A stretch of DNA of 64,000 nucleotides from an uncultured Kiritimatiellota bacterium (GTDB lineage Bacteria; Verrucomicrobiota; Kiritimatiellia; RFP12; UBA1067): NCBI GenBank assembly GCA_934635385.1, contig CAKTZI010000011.1, positions 20,488-84,487 of the forward strand, in the 5' to 3' direction. Shown piece after piece: positions 43,495 to 52,084 of the stretch. Made by a program: the position numbers and the translations under genes. The notes beneath the pieces are model-generated. The model did not search any database. It saw only the letters and a list, made by a program, of their open reading frames with translations, and was not told the origin of the DNA. The stretch's first letter is position 1, and each line of letters starts with the position of its first letter.

Positions 43495-44722
43495 TGACGT
43501 GTTCTCCTTTCAGTTCGCACCCCTCGTAGAGAAAGAGGCGGCAGTCAATCGGCCCGTTGAAAAACGGAATCCGCGTACGATAGTAAAGATTCACAAGATG
43601 GGAAAGCTCCGGATTGCCCGTGATGAGACCGCCCATATAGCCACGGCACTTCTCGTGCAGGAACGTGCCGATGCGCTCATAGACGGGCGCAAGCTCCTTC
43701 GGGTCGCCGAGACGGATGCCGTATTCGGGATTGAAAAAGATGCAGCCCTTCTGCTCAGGAATCGGCGTGTCGGCGAAGTCACACGCCTTGAACGTGATGT
43801 AGGGCGCGACACCGGCCGCAATCGCGTTTGAGTGCGCGTTCTCGATGGCTTCGGGCGAAATGTCCGTTGCGATGATCGGCGGCAGGTTTTCCGTCGTCTC
43901 CTTCGACTTCGCTTCCAGAATCATTTCCTTCCACAGCTGCTCCGGCGTGGCGCCGGCACGTTGGCGCGGCGCAATGTTCGGGGCCGATTCGCCGGGGATG
44001 ATGCGGTCGTAGCCCTTGATGGACTGAAACGCGAAGTGCCCCTTCAGCGAACCGGGCGCCTTGTTCATCGTCATCATCGCGGCCTCGATGGCGGGCGTTC
44101 CGCTGCCGCACATCGGCGAGAGGAACGGCGTGTTCGTCTTCCAGCCGAGCGCCATGATGCAGGCCGCCGCAAGCGTTTCCTGCATGGGGGCCGACCCCGG
44201 AATCTTGCGGTAGCCGCGCTTGGACAGTGGTTCGCCGGACGTGTCGAGATAGATGATCACCTCGTCCTGTTCCCAGTAGACGAACACCGCCGCGCCGATG
44301 TTCTCGCCGCCAGAATCGGGACGCCGCTGGCACTTGTCGCGCATGCGGTCGGCAATCGCGTCCTTCGTGTAGAGGGACGGAATGCGCGTGTCGCGAATCG
44401 TGTAGTTGTGGACAATCGACGAAACGGAAAAATAGCCGTCCGCGTCGAGCAGGTTCTCCCAGTCGATCGAATACGCCGCCTGGTAGAGGTCGCGGATGCT
44501 GCGGCAGGTCGTGCGCAGCAGCGGCACGAGAACGCGGTGCGCCGTCCGCAACTGTAGGTTGAGGCGCATGACGTCGCGCATCGCGCCGCGCACGACGACG
44601 GTATTTTCCGTCACTTCAATGGGCTTGTAGCCCATGTCGCGAACCTCGATCTCCGTCCAGCACGAAAGTTCCTTCGCGCAGGAGATGATGATCGGATAGT
44701 TCTTGTCCGTCCAGATTTTCAT
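43481..44722 (-). CDS. THUMP-domain class I SAM-dependent RNA methyltransferase (RlmL/UPF0020-like).
   Basis: SPMCGSGTPAIEAAMM is the SAM motif I. FFNPEYGIRLG is an NPPY-like motif IV. The N-terminal region is THUMP-like. Confidence 0.75.
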   Translation of the reverse strand: MKIWTDKNYPIIISCAKELSCWTEIEVRDMGYKPIEVTENTVVVRGAMRDVMRLNLQLRTAHRVLVPLLRTTCRSIRDLYQAAYSIDWENLLDADGYFSVSSIVHNYTIRDTRIPSLYTKDAIADRMRDKCQRRPDSGGENIGAAVFVYWEQDEVIIYLDTSGEPLSKRGYRKIPGSAPMQETLAAACIMALGWKTNTPFLSPMCGSGTPAIEAAMMTMNKAPGSLKGHFAFQSIKGYDRIIPGESAPNIAPRQRAGATPEQLWKEMILEAKSKETTENLPPIIATDISPEAIENAHSNAIAAGVAPYITFKACDFADTPIPEQKGCIFFNPEYGIRLGDPKELAPVYERIGTFLHEKCRGYMGGLITGNPELSHLVNLYYRTRIPFFNGPIDCRLFLYEGCELKGEHVNGHQ

Positions 44723-44764
44723 TTCGGTTTACCCTTTGACCTTAAAACGTGCCTCGCGGTTTGC

Positions 44765-45859
44765 TCAGCTGATGCGGAGCGGCATCAGGACGTAGAGGAA
44801 CGGAATCGAGCACTTGATCACCGCCGGCGAATGTCCGTCGGAGAGGTTCATAATCACCTCATCGTCGTCAATCGACTTCAGGCAGTCCATCACATACGAT
44901 GGATTGAACATGATCTCGATCTTCTCGCCCGCGTACTTGATCGGAACCTCGTCCTTCGCCTCGCCGATGTCGGACGCGGCAGACGTCACGGTCAGCTTGC
45001 CCTCGGAGAAGATGAGCTTCGTCGAGTGAGCCTCGTCCATCGTCATGACGCTCGCGCGGTCAAGCGCGTCCAGAAGCAGCTGGCGATCGACCTCAATGTG
45101 CTCCTTCGTGTCGACGGGAATCACCTGACGGTAGTTCGGGTAGGCATCGTCCATCAGCTTCGAGTAAATCATCAGGTTGTCGAGCTTGAAGCAGATCTGC
45201 GACTTCTGAACCATCATCGAGAGTTCCGTGTCGCCGTTCAGCGAACGCTGAAGTTCGCCCACGGCCTTGGACGGCAGAACGATGTCCTTCTCGGCATCCT
45301 TCGGGAACTCGACTTCCTGCTCGACGAGCGCGAGACGGCGACCGTCCGTCGCGACCATCGTGAGCTTCGCGTCCTTGAAGCTCAGGAGAACGCCCTTCAG
45401 CGTCCGGCGCGTGTCGTCCTGGCTCGCCGCGTAGGAGACCTTGCGCAGCATGTCGCGGAACGTCGCCTGCTGAATCGCGTAGGCGAACGCCTCCTCGTCC
45501 TTCGGCAGCTTCGGAAACTCGGATTCAGGCAGCCCGGCGAACTTGAACTTCGCGTTGCCCGCGCAGATCGTCGCGCGGTCTTTCGCGTCCGTCTCGACTT
45601 CGACCTCACCTTCGGCGACCTTCGAGATCGCGTTGAAGAGAAGCTTCACGGGAATCGTCGTCGCCCCTTCTTCCGCAACTTCGCACGGACAGACCGCCTT
45701 GATGGAAATGTCGAGGTCTGTCGTCGTCATGGTGAGCTCTGCGCCGCGCGCCTCCAAAAGGACGTTCTGGAGAATCGGCAACGAGCCCTTGCCGGCGACG
45801 ATGTTCTGGACGGACTTCAGTCCTTCGAGAAACTTGGAGCGGACGATCTTGAATTTCAT
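44765..45859 (-). CDS. dnaN: DNA polymerase III beta sliding clamp.
   Basis: MKFKIVRSKFLEGLKSVQNIVAGKGSLPILQNVLLEA...LMPLRIS. 364 aa, located immediately downstream of dnaA. Confidence 0.92.
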   Translation of the reverse strand: MKFKIVRSKFLEGLKSVQNIVAGKGSLPILQNVLLEARGAELTMTTTDLDISIKAVCPCEVAEEGATTIPVKLLFNAISKVAEGEVEVETDAKDRATICAGNAKFKFAGLPESEFPKLPKDEEAFAYAIQQATFRDMLRKVSYAASQDDTRRTLKGVLLSFKDAKLTMVATDGRRLALVEQEVEFPKDAEKDIVLPSKAVGELQRSLNGDTELSMMVQKSQICFKLDNLMIYSKLMDDAYPNYRQVIPVDTKEHIEVDRQLLLDALDRASVMTMDEAHSTKLIFSEGKLTVTSAASDIGEAKDEVPIKYAGEKIEIMFNPSYVMDCLKSIDDDEVIMNLSDGHSPAVIKCSIPFLYVLMPLRIS

Positions 45860-45892
45860 GGTTTGTTCCTTCTTAAATGTGCGTGTACGTGA

Positions 45893-45901
45893 ATTGTATC
45901 A
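45893..45901 (-). promoter_or_regulatory. Extended -10 TGATACAAT upstream of dnaN.
   Basis: The reverse complement of attgtatca is tgatacaat. An AAGGAA Shine-Dalgarno sequence follows. Confidence 0.4.
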
Positions 45902-45955
45902 AATAATACTAATTGAGGATAGAGTGTTTTCTATTTCTAATAGTTTTGTCGATAA

Positions 45956-45964
45956 TGTGGATAA
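45956..45964 (-). promoter_or_regulatory. Perfect consensus DnaA box TTATCCACA in the dnaA-dnaN spacer.
   Basis: tgtggataa on the plus strand, within an AT-rich 266-bp spacer. A second, weaker box (tgttgattg) is at 46009. Confidence 0.6.
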
Positions 45965-46125
45965 CTCGTCGAAAGCCTTGTTTTATTGGTGTTCATGCTC
46001 TTTTGCCCTGTTGATTGAAAATTTGACAAGGTGAAGAGCGAAGTTGACTGTGCTGCGCCGCTGTTCATGTCTGTTCATATTCCGCCGAGTTGTCTTCAGC
46101 CTGTCGTCAGTTCCTCTTCGGCTTG

Positions 46126-47544
46126 TCAATTGAAGTTGTCCTTGATGGAACAGCCGAATTCGGCAAGGATTTCGTTCAGTTCGGATTTGAGTTCGGGTTC
46201 GACATCGAACCGTTTTTCGATGTTCCGTACGCCATGGAGGATTGTGGCATGCGTTTTCTTGAAGGACTGCGCAATCTCCGGCAGGCTCTTCGTCGTGTAC
46301 TTGCGCGAGATGTACATGGCCATCTGGCGTGGCGTCACGAGCGACTGCGTCCGCTCGGCAGACAGGATCTGCTCGATCGAGACGTCGTATTTTTTCGCGA
46401 CGGACTGCTGGATTTCCTTGATCGTCAGGCTTCGAAGCGATTTCTCCTTCTCGATGTATTCCTTGAGAATGTGCGTCAGAACATCGTTCGTCAGCGGTGT
46501 CGTCGGTTCGACCTGGCGGAAGATGTGGATTCTGTTCAAGGCCCCTTCCATCGCGCGCACGTGGCTCTTGATCGTGTCGGCGATGAACTCTAGTGCGTTG
46601 TCGGGGATGCTCGGCACCATCGACTCGGACTTCTTCTTCAGAATCGCGAGACGCGTCTCGTAGTTTGGCGACTCGATTTCCTGCACCATGCCGCCCTCGA
46701 AGCGCGAAATGAGGCGCGCCTCGATGGAAGGCAGGTTCTTCGGCGCGACGTCGGACGTCATGACGATCTGGCTGTGCGCCTGCTGAAGGACGTTGAACGT
46801 GTTGAAGAACTCCTCCTGGCATTGCTTGCCCTTTTGAAGGAACTGCACGTCATCGACCATCAGCAGATCCATCTTTCGGTAGCGGTTGCGGAAACTCTCC
46901 ATGGTTCCGTTCTGCAAGGAGTTTACGTATTCGTTCAGGAATGTCGCGGCCGTCAGGTAGCAGATGTTGAGCGACGGGTTCTTCTTTTTCAGCTCGTTGC
47001 CGATCGCCTGCATGAGATGCGTCTTTCCGAGCCCGGTGCCGCCATGGATGAACAGCGGATTGTAGACGCTCTTGCCGGGATTCGCGACGACGCCCTGCGC
47101 GGCGGCAAGTGCCCAGCTGTTCGACGAGCCGCGCACGAAATTGTCGAACGTGTAGTCTTCGTTGAGCGGCATCGTCGAGATCAGTGCCGCTTTTGGATGG
47201 GCTTTCGGGACTGATTCTGTGCTGGACACCGCCGGTTCTGTCGGGATGACGACTGGCGGCTTGGCCCTTTCGCTGGAGCGGAATTCAATGCCGACTGGGG
47301 TGTCTGATGAAACGAGTTCAAGGCATTTCTTCAGCTTGTCCGAATACTTGTCGCGCAGGAAGTCCGCCGTGTAGGCGTTCGTGAGCGTGATGACGAAGAG
47401 GCCGTTTTCGCGCGTGACGGACGTAATCGTGGAAAAGTAGCGTTCGACTTGGCCGCGCTCTTCGGCAGAAAACAACGTGGAAAGGTAAGTCTGCTTGGCC
47501 CTTTCCCATGTCTCTTTCGATTTGATGTCAATCGTTTCGTTCAT
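46126..47544 (-). CDS. dnaA: Chromosomal replication initiator DnaA.
   Basis: FIHGGTGLGKTHLMQAIGN carries the Walker A motif. Also MVDDVQFL, and the C-terminal HTH domain ARQMAMYISRKYTTKSLPEIAQSFKKTHATILHGV. Confidence 0.95.
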   Translation of the reverse strand: MNETIDIKSKETWERAKQTYLSTLFSAEERGQVERYFSTITSVTRENGLFVITLTNAYTADFLRDKYSDKLKKCLELVSSDTPVGIEFRSSERAKPPVVIPTEPAVSSTESVPKAHPKAALISTMPLNEDYTFDNFVRGSSNSWALAAAQGVVANPGKSVYNPLFIHGGTGLGKTHLMQAIGNELKKKNPSLNICYLTAATFLNEYVNSLQNGTMESFRNRYRKMDLLMVDDVQFLQKGKQCQEEFFNTFNVLQQAHSQIVMTSDVAPKNLPSIEARLISRFEGGMVQEIESPNYETRLAILKKKSESMVPSIPDNALEFIADTIKSHVRAMEGALNRIHIFRQVEPTTPLTNDVLTHILKEYIEKEKSLRSLTIKEIQQSVAKKYDVSIEQILSAERTQSLVTPRQMAMYISRKYTTKSLPEIAQSFKKTHATILHGVRNIEKRFDVEPELKSELNEILAEFGCSIKDNFN

Positions 47545-47573
47545 CTCTTTTTCTCTTCGACTTCAAGTTGCTC

Positions 47574-47582
47574 ATAATACCA
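47574..47582 (-). promoter_or_regulatory. Extended -10 TGGTATTAT upstream of dnaA.
   Basis: The reverse complement of ataatacca is tggtattat, about 30 nt upstream of the ATG. Confidence 0.45.
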
Positions 47583-47630
47583 TAAAAATGGCGAAGTGTG
47601 GGAAAATAGAAATCAACGCGTGTCTTCAAG

Positions 47631-47653
47631 TTATCAACATTTTGTGTTGATAA
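47631..47653. promoter_or_regulatory. Inverted pair of TTATCAACA DnaA-box variants upstream of the dnaA promoter.
   Basis: ttatcaaca-ttttg-tgttgataa. Confidence 0.55.
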
Positions 47654-47674
47654 GTGTTGTGGTGAAATGAAAAG

Positions 47675-47702
47675 CCCCGGTCCGGAACGTCCGGAACCGG
47701 GG
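47675..47702 (-). terminator. Intrinsic terminator of the outer-membrane protein gene.
   Basis: GC-rich hairpin ccccggtccggaacgtccggaaccgggg, followed on the minus strand by cttttcattt. Confidence 0.65.
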
Positions 47703-47763
47703 ACCCGCTGTAACCACCAACAGGATTTTTCCCTCGGATCATGTGTGCGTGTGACCGAGAAAA

Positions 47764-48678
47764 TCAGAACGCGATGGCAATCGAGACGCCTGTGACGAAG
47801 TTATAGCTCTCCGAATAGGCTTCCGTGCCTTCATAAGCCGACGCGGCATCACGTGCCGACGAATCGAAGAGGTAGTCGTAGTAGGCGAGATAGGCGCCGA
47901 GCGAAACGCCGTCCGTGATGTTCCACGTCAGTTCGCCCTTGAGGCAGGTGTCCATCAGGCACGCCTCGTCGTAGCCGTCGCCGGCCTCGCCGAGGTAGGC
48001 CGTCACGCGGCGCTGGTCGCCCCAGCCCTGCGCGAGGGAGACGCGGAACGAGAGAATGTCGTCATCGCCCTCTTCCTTTCCTTCGACAACCGAGAACGTG
48101 TGGCCGATTTCGAGGTTGAGGTAGGTGCCCTCGTCGCGGTCGATGTCGCGCTCGTAGGAGAACGTCGGCTCGAACCAGAGGTCAGGCAGTCCGATCGAGA
48201 ACGTGAGGAACTGCGTGTCGTCATCGACGATCCTAGGATGCTGCTCATACGTGTAGCCGAGCTCGAACTCGATCGTCGTCGGCAGCCCTTCGTCCGGCCC
48301 GAACGCATGGCCGATCGCCACGCCAGGGTCGAGTTCCTGATAGCGGAAGGCATGATCGCGGTAGCCGGCCTTTTCGCCGTAGCGCGTGGTGTCGAAGATC
48401 GACTCGACGCTGAACGTCACCCAGTCGAAGAACGTGAGCGCCGCCGAGGGGGTGAGGATCGGGTCGTTGTTGTCCACGAGACCGTAGCTCATGAACTTCG
48501 AGTCGAACGCGAGGCCGACTTCCGCCGAGACGATTGAGGTCTCGCCGAACGTCACCCCTTCGCCCATGGCCCAGCTGAGGCCCTGCTCTTCGTTTTCCTT
48601 CGCTTCCGTTTCCGCCCGAACGCTGCCGCAGAACGCGGCTGCACAGGCGATCGTTGTCATGATGTGCTTTGAGTTCAT
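47764..48678 (-). CDS. Outer-membrane beta-barrel protein (putative porin).
   Basis: Signal peptide MNSKHIMTTIACAAAFCGSVRA. Alternating amphipathic strands. C-terminal ...GVSIAIAF with a terminal Phe. Confidence 0.7.
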   Translation of the reverse strand: MNSKHIMTTIACAAAFCGSVRAETEAKENEEQGLSWAMGEGVTFGETSIVSAEVGLAFDSKFMSYGLVDNNDPILTPSAALTFFDWVTFSVESIFDTTRYGEKAGYRDHAFRYQELDPGVAIGHAFGPDEGLPTTIEFELGYTYEQHPRIVDDDTQFLTFSIGLPDLWFEPTFSYERDIDRDEGTYLNLEIGHTFSVVEGKEEGDDDILSFRVSLAQGWGDQRRVTAYLGEAGDGYDEACLMDTCLKGELTWNITDGVSLGAYLAYYDYLFDSSARDAASAYEGTEAYSESYNFVTGVSIAIAF

Positions 48679-48763
48679 TGTTAGTTTTGACTTATTTTAT
48701 TAGTCTTATCTTAGTTTTTGTTTGTTTTTTGGCTTTGCCAAATCGAAGATTTTTATTGCTTCC

Positions 48764-48919
48764 CTACTTCTTGCCCTTGTCCTTGCAGTGGCAGTGGCCG
48801 CCGCAGAGCTTTCGGCTGCCGCCGCACTCGCACGGCGCCCCCTTCTTCCACGCCCGCCAGACGGCGAGCGCGGCAAGGGCGAGGACAAGCGCGAGGACGG
48901 CGACGGAGCCCGCGTTCAT
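48764..48919 (-). CDS. FeoB-associated Cys-rich membrane protein.
   Basis: MNAGSVAVLALVLALAALAVWRAWKKGAPCECGGSRKLCGGHCHCKDKGKK. The ATG overlaps the feoB stop (ATGA). Confidence 0.75.
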   Translation of the reverse strand: MNAGSVAVLALVLALAALAVWRAWKKGAPCECGGSRKLCGGHCHCKDKGKK

Positions 48920-51333
48920 GCCAACGCCTCCTTGGGAGCCGGACGGAAGATCGCCCAGAGAACGGCGGCATCGACCGCCAGCGTCACGGCTGTCCAGAAT
49001 CCGAAGCCGCCGCCGCAGGCCAAGATGCCGATCTGGTAGGCCGAGAGCGCGATCACGTAGCCGACCGCGAGCTGGAAGGCCATCGCGAACCAGCCCCACT
49101 TCTGCGAGCCCATCTCGCGGAAGGTCGTCGCGATCGCCACCATGCACGGCGGGACGAACAGGTTGAACACCATGAAGGAGAAAGCCGCAAGCTTCGGGAA
49201 GTCGCTCATCGAGCCGAAGAGGGCCGCAATGTTCGAGGCCGTCGTCGCGCCGTCAAAGCCGGAGGACACGAGGCCCAGCGTCGCCGTCGCCTGCTCCTTG
49301 GCGATCTCCGCCGAGACCGTTGCCGCCGCGCCCTGCCACGTGCCGAAGCCGAGCGGCGCGAAGATCCAGGCGATCCAGCTGCCGAGGTCATGCAGGATCG
49401 AACGCTCGATCTCCTCGTCCGCCAGCAGGTTCAGAGACCAGTCGAAGTGCATGATGAACCAAAGGAACACGCACGCCGGGAAGATGATCACGCCCGCCTT
49501 GAGCATGTAGCCCTTCACGCGCTGCCACGTGTGGATGAGGATGCCGCGCACGGTCGGCAGGTGGTAGGCCGGAAGCTCCATCACGAACGGGGCCGCTTCG
49601 CCCGCGAACGCCTTGGACTTCTTGAGCGCGATGCCGCCCAGCACGATGATGGCGATGCCGATGACGTCCATGAGCGGCGCCACGTACCACATCTCGCGGA
49701 AGAAGATCGCCGTGAACATCGCGATGATCACCGTCTTCGCGCCGCACGGGATGAACGTCGCGAGGATGATCGTCATGCGGCGGTCACGCTCGTTCTCGAT
49801 CGTCCGCGCCGCCATGACGGCCGGTACGCCGCAGCCCTTGCCGACGATCATCGGGATGAACGACTTGCCCGACAGGCCGAACTTTCGGAAGAGCCGGTCC
49901 ATGATGAACGCGACGCGCGCCATGTACCCGCAGTCCTCCAGGAACGCGAGGAACAGGAACACGATCGTGATCACCGGCACGAAGCCGAGCACCGTCGCGA
50001 CGCCGCCCCACGCGCCGTCGTTGACGAGCGAGGAAACCATGTCGGACGCCCCGACCTTCTCCAGCGCCTCGGAAATGAGCGCGCCGATGCCCGGAATCCA
50101 CACGCCGTAGTCGGACGGGTTCGGCTCCTCGACCTCCTTGGCGGCGTTGTAGGCCGCCTCGTCGATCGGCCATTCCTCCGCCGTCTCGCCGGTCTCCTCG
50201 TCCTCGATGGACGCCTCCTTCTCGCCGGCCTCCCACGCCGCGACCGTCGCCTCCGCCTTCGCGAAGTCTTCGCAGGCCGTGTCGTAGTCCTTGCCGTTGA
50301 CCTCGTGCATCGTAAACGGCAGGTGCCAGCCGTCGCCGAGGAACCCGTCGTTCGCCCAGTCGGTGAGCTTCGTGCCGGGGCCGCAGTCCGAAACCGCGAG
50401 GAACCACATCACGCAGAGCGAGACGATGAAGATCGGCAGCGCGAGGATCTTGTTCGTGACGATCTTGTCGATCTTGTCCGACAGCGTCAGCGTCTTCGCG
50501 CCGCGCTTCTTCGCCACAGCCTTGCCGACCAGTGTCTTGATGAAGTCGTAGCGCTGGTTCGTGATGATCGACTCGGCGTCGTCGTCAAGTTCCTTCTCGC
50601 AGTCGCGGACGTGCGCGTCGAGGTGCTGGCGCGTCTTCTCGTCGAGGCCGAGCATGTCGATGATCTCGGTGTCGCGCTCGAAGACCTTGACGGCGAACCA
50701 GCGGATGGCGCGCGCATCGACCTTGCCCTGGATCGTCTCCTCGATGTGGGCAATCGCGTGCTCGACGGGGCCGGTGAAGACGTGAGGGACTTCGCCCTTC
50801 TTGCCTTCACGCGCGAGCTTCGCGGCCAGCTCCGCCGCCTCGACGCCACCCTCGTTGTGCTGGGCGCTGATGCCGACGACCTCGCAGCCGAGCGACTCGG
50901 CGATGCGCTTCATGTCGATCTTGTCGCCGTTCTTGCGCACGAGATCCATCATGTTGACCGCGACCACCATCGGCAGGCCCAGCTCGGCGAGCTGCGTCGT
51001 CAGGTAGAGGTTGCGCTCGATGTTCGTGCCGTCCACGATGTTCAGGATCGCCGACGGCGAGTCCTCGACGAGATACCGCCGCGAGACCTTCTCCTCCAGC
51101 GAATAGGGCGAGAGCGAGTAGATGCCCGGCAGGTCCTGAATGACGACCGACTTGTCGCCCTTGAGGAGGCCGTCCTTCTTCTCGACCGTGACGCCCGGCC
51201 AGTTGCCGACGTACTGGTTCGAGCCCGTGAGCGCGTTGAAGAGCGTCGTCTTGCCGCAGTTCGGGTTGCCCGCGAGCGCGATCTTCACCGCACCCGACGC
51301 CGGCACTTTCCCTTCGTTAACTTTATTAGACAT
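48916..51333 (-). CDS. feoB: Ferrous iron transporter FeoB.
   Basis: IALAGNPNCGKTTLFNALTG is the G1 motif. A multi-TM C-terminal domain follows. A GAGGGAAG Shine-Dalgarno sequence precedes the ATG at 51333. Confidence 0.9.
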   Translation of the reverse strand: MSNKVNEGKVPASGAVKIALAGNPNCGKTTLFNALTGSNQYVGNWPGVTVEKKDGLLKGDKSVVIQDLPGIYSLSPYSLEEKVSRRYLVEDSPSAILNIVDGTNIERNLYLTTQLAELGLPMVVAVNMMDLVRKNGDKIDMKRIAESLGCEVVGISAQHNEGGVEAAELAAKLAREGKKGEVPHVFTGPVEHAIAHIEETIQGKVDARAIRWFAVKVFERDTEIIDMLGLDEKTRQHLDAHVRDCEKELDDDAESIITNQRYDFIKTLVGKAVAKKRGAKTLTLSDKIDKIVTNKILALPIFIVSLCVMWFLAVSDCGPGTKLTDWANDGFLGDGWHLPFTMHEVNGKDYDTACEDFAKAEATVAAWEAGEKEASIEDEETGETAEEWPIDEAAYNAAKEVEEPNPSDYGVWIPGIGALISEALEKVGASDMVSSLVNDGAWGGVATVLGFVPVITIVFLFLAFLEDCGYMARVAFIMDRLFRKFGLSGKSFIPMIVGKGCGVPAVMAARTIENERDRRMTIILATFIPCGAKTVIIAMFTAIFFREMWYVAPLMDVIGIAIIVLGGIALKKSKAFAGEAAPFVMELPAYHLPTVRGILIHTWQRVKGYMLKAGVIIFPACVFLWFIMHFDWSLNLLADEEIERSILHDLGSWIAWIFAPLGFGTWQGAAATVSAEIAKEQATATLGLVSSGFDGATTASNIAALFGSMSDFPKLAAFSFMVFNLFVPPCMVAIATTFREMGSQKWGWFAMAFQLAVGYVIALSAYQIGILACGGGFGFWTAVTLAVDAAVLWAIFRPAPKEALA

Positions 51334-51360
51334 AACTAATTCTTCCCTCAAAAAAAAATT

Positions 51361-51582
51361 TCACTCGACCTCGATCAGCGCCGCCTCGCCCTTGCGGATC
51401 GAGAGCTCGTAGCCGCGCACGGTCAGCTCGATGGGATCGCCGAGCGGCGCGACCTTGCGCACGGAGACCTCGGCCCCCTTCGTGATGCCCATGTCCATGA
51501 TGCGCCGCTTGACGGCGCCTTCCCCGTGAAGACGGACGACGCGCGTCGTCGCCCCGACGGGAATGTCATTCAATGTCTTCAT
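51361..51582 (-). CDS. feoA: FeoA-domain protein.
   Basis: MKTLNDIPVGATTRVVRLHGEGAVKRRIMDMGITKGAEVSVRKVAPLGDPIEL. Confidence 0.8.
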   Translation of the reverse strand: MKTLNDIPVGATTRVVRLHGEGAVKRRIMDMGITKGAEVSVRKVAPLGDPIELTVRGYELSIRKGEAALIEVE

Positions 51583-51693
51583 TCGTATTTTTCCTTGTTC
51601 GTGGTTGCAGACTTCTCTTTCAGATGTTCTGCCTGACAAATTTTTCAGCGCCTCGCTCTTCTCAACCTCTCACCTTCTCAACCTCACAACCCC

Positions 51694-51912
51694 TCATACC
51701 GGCGCGCATTCGATGCGCCGCGCGAGCTCGTCGTTGAGGGCGAGGCGGCTGTCGTGGATGCCGACGATCTTGCCGCCCTCCGTGTCTTCGATGACGCGGA
51801 CGACCGTCCCGGCCGAGAAGCCGAGACTCCCCAGATGCTTGCGCGTGGCGTCTGCCCCGCCCACGCGCATCACGCGCGCCGACTCACCGGCCTTGAAGAA
51901 CGACAATGGCAT
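51694..51912 (-). CDS. feoA: FeoA-domain protein (second copy).
   Basis: MPLSFFKAGESARVMRVGGADATRKHLGSLGFSAGTVVRVIEDTEGGKIVGIHDSRLAL. Confidence 0.75.
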   Translation of the reverse strand: MPLSFFKAGESARVMRVGGADATRKHLGSLGFSAGTVVRVIEDTEGGKIVGIHDSRLALNDELARRIECAPV

Positions 51913-51972
51913 TCAGAATTCCTTTCTCAGTTCCGCCCCCTGTTAGAGGGCACTAACTTCCAACAGGCGCGA

Positions 51973-52002
51973 AGTTTACCAAATCTAACTCGCGGCTGTC
52001 AA
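51973..52002 (-). promoter_or_regulatory. Candidate sigma-70 promoter of the feo operon: TTGACA, 18-nt spacer, TGgTAAACT.
   Basis: Minus strand reads ccTTGACAgccgcgagttagatttggTAAACT. Confidence 0.45.
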
Positions 52003-52050
52003 GGGGATGCCCGACACAGGTCCAGGGCTTCAGCATGAAAAGAGAATCCT

Positions 52051-52069
52051 CTCACTGTCACGCAGTGAG
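52051..52069 (-). terminator. Putative terminator hairpin after mnmG.
   Basis: ctcactg-cgtga-cagtgag, followed by a T-rich tract on the minus strand (aggattctctttt). Confidence 0.45.
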
Positions 52070-52084
52070 CAAAGGACAAGAGAA

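Noticed and set aside
51655-51697. ttctcaacctc short direct repeats between the two feoA genes.
   Set aside because: There are only two imperfect copies in a pyrimidine-rich spacer, which is insufficient to call an element.
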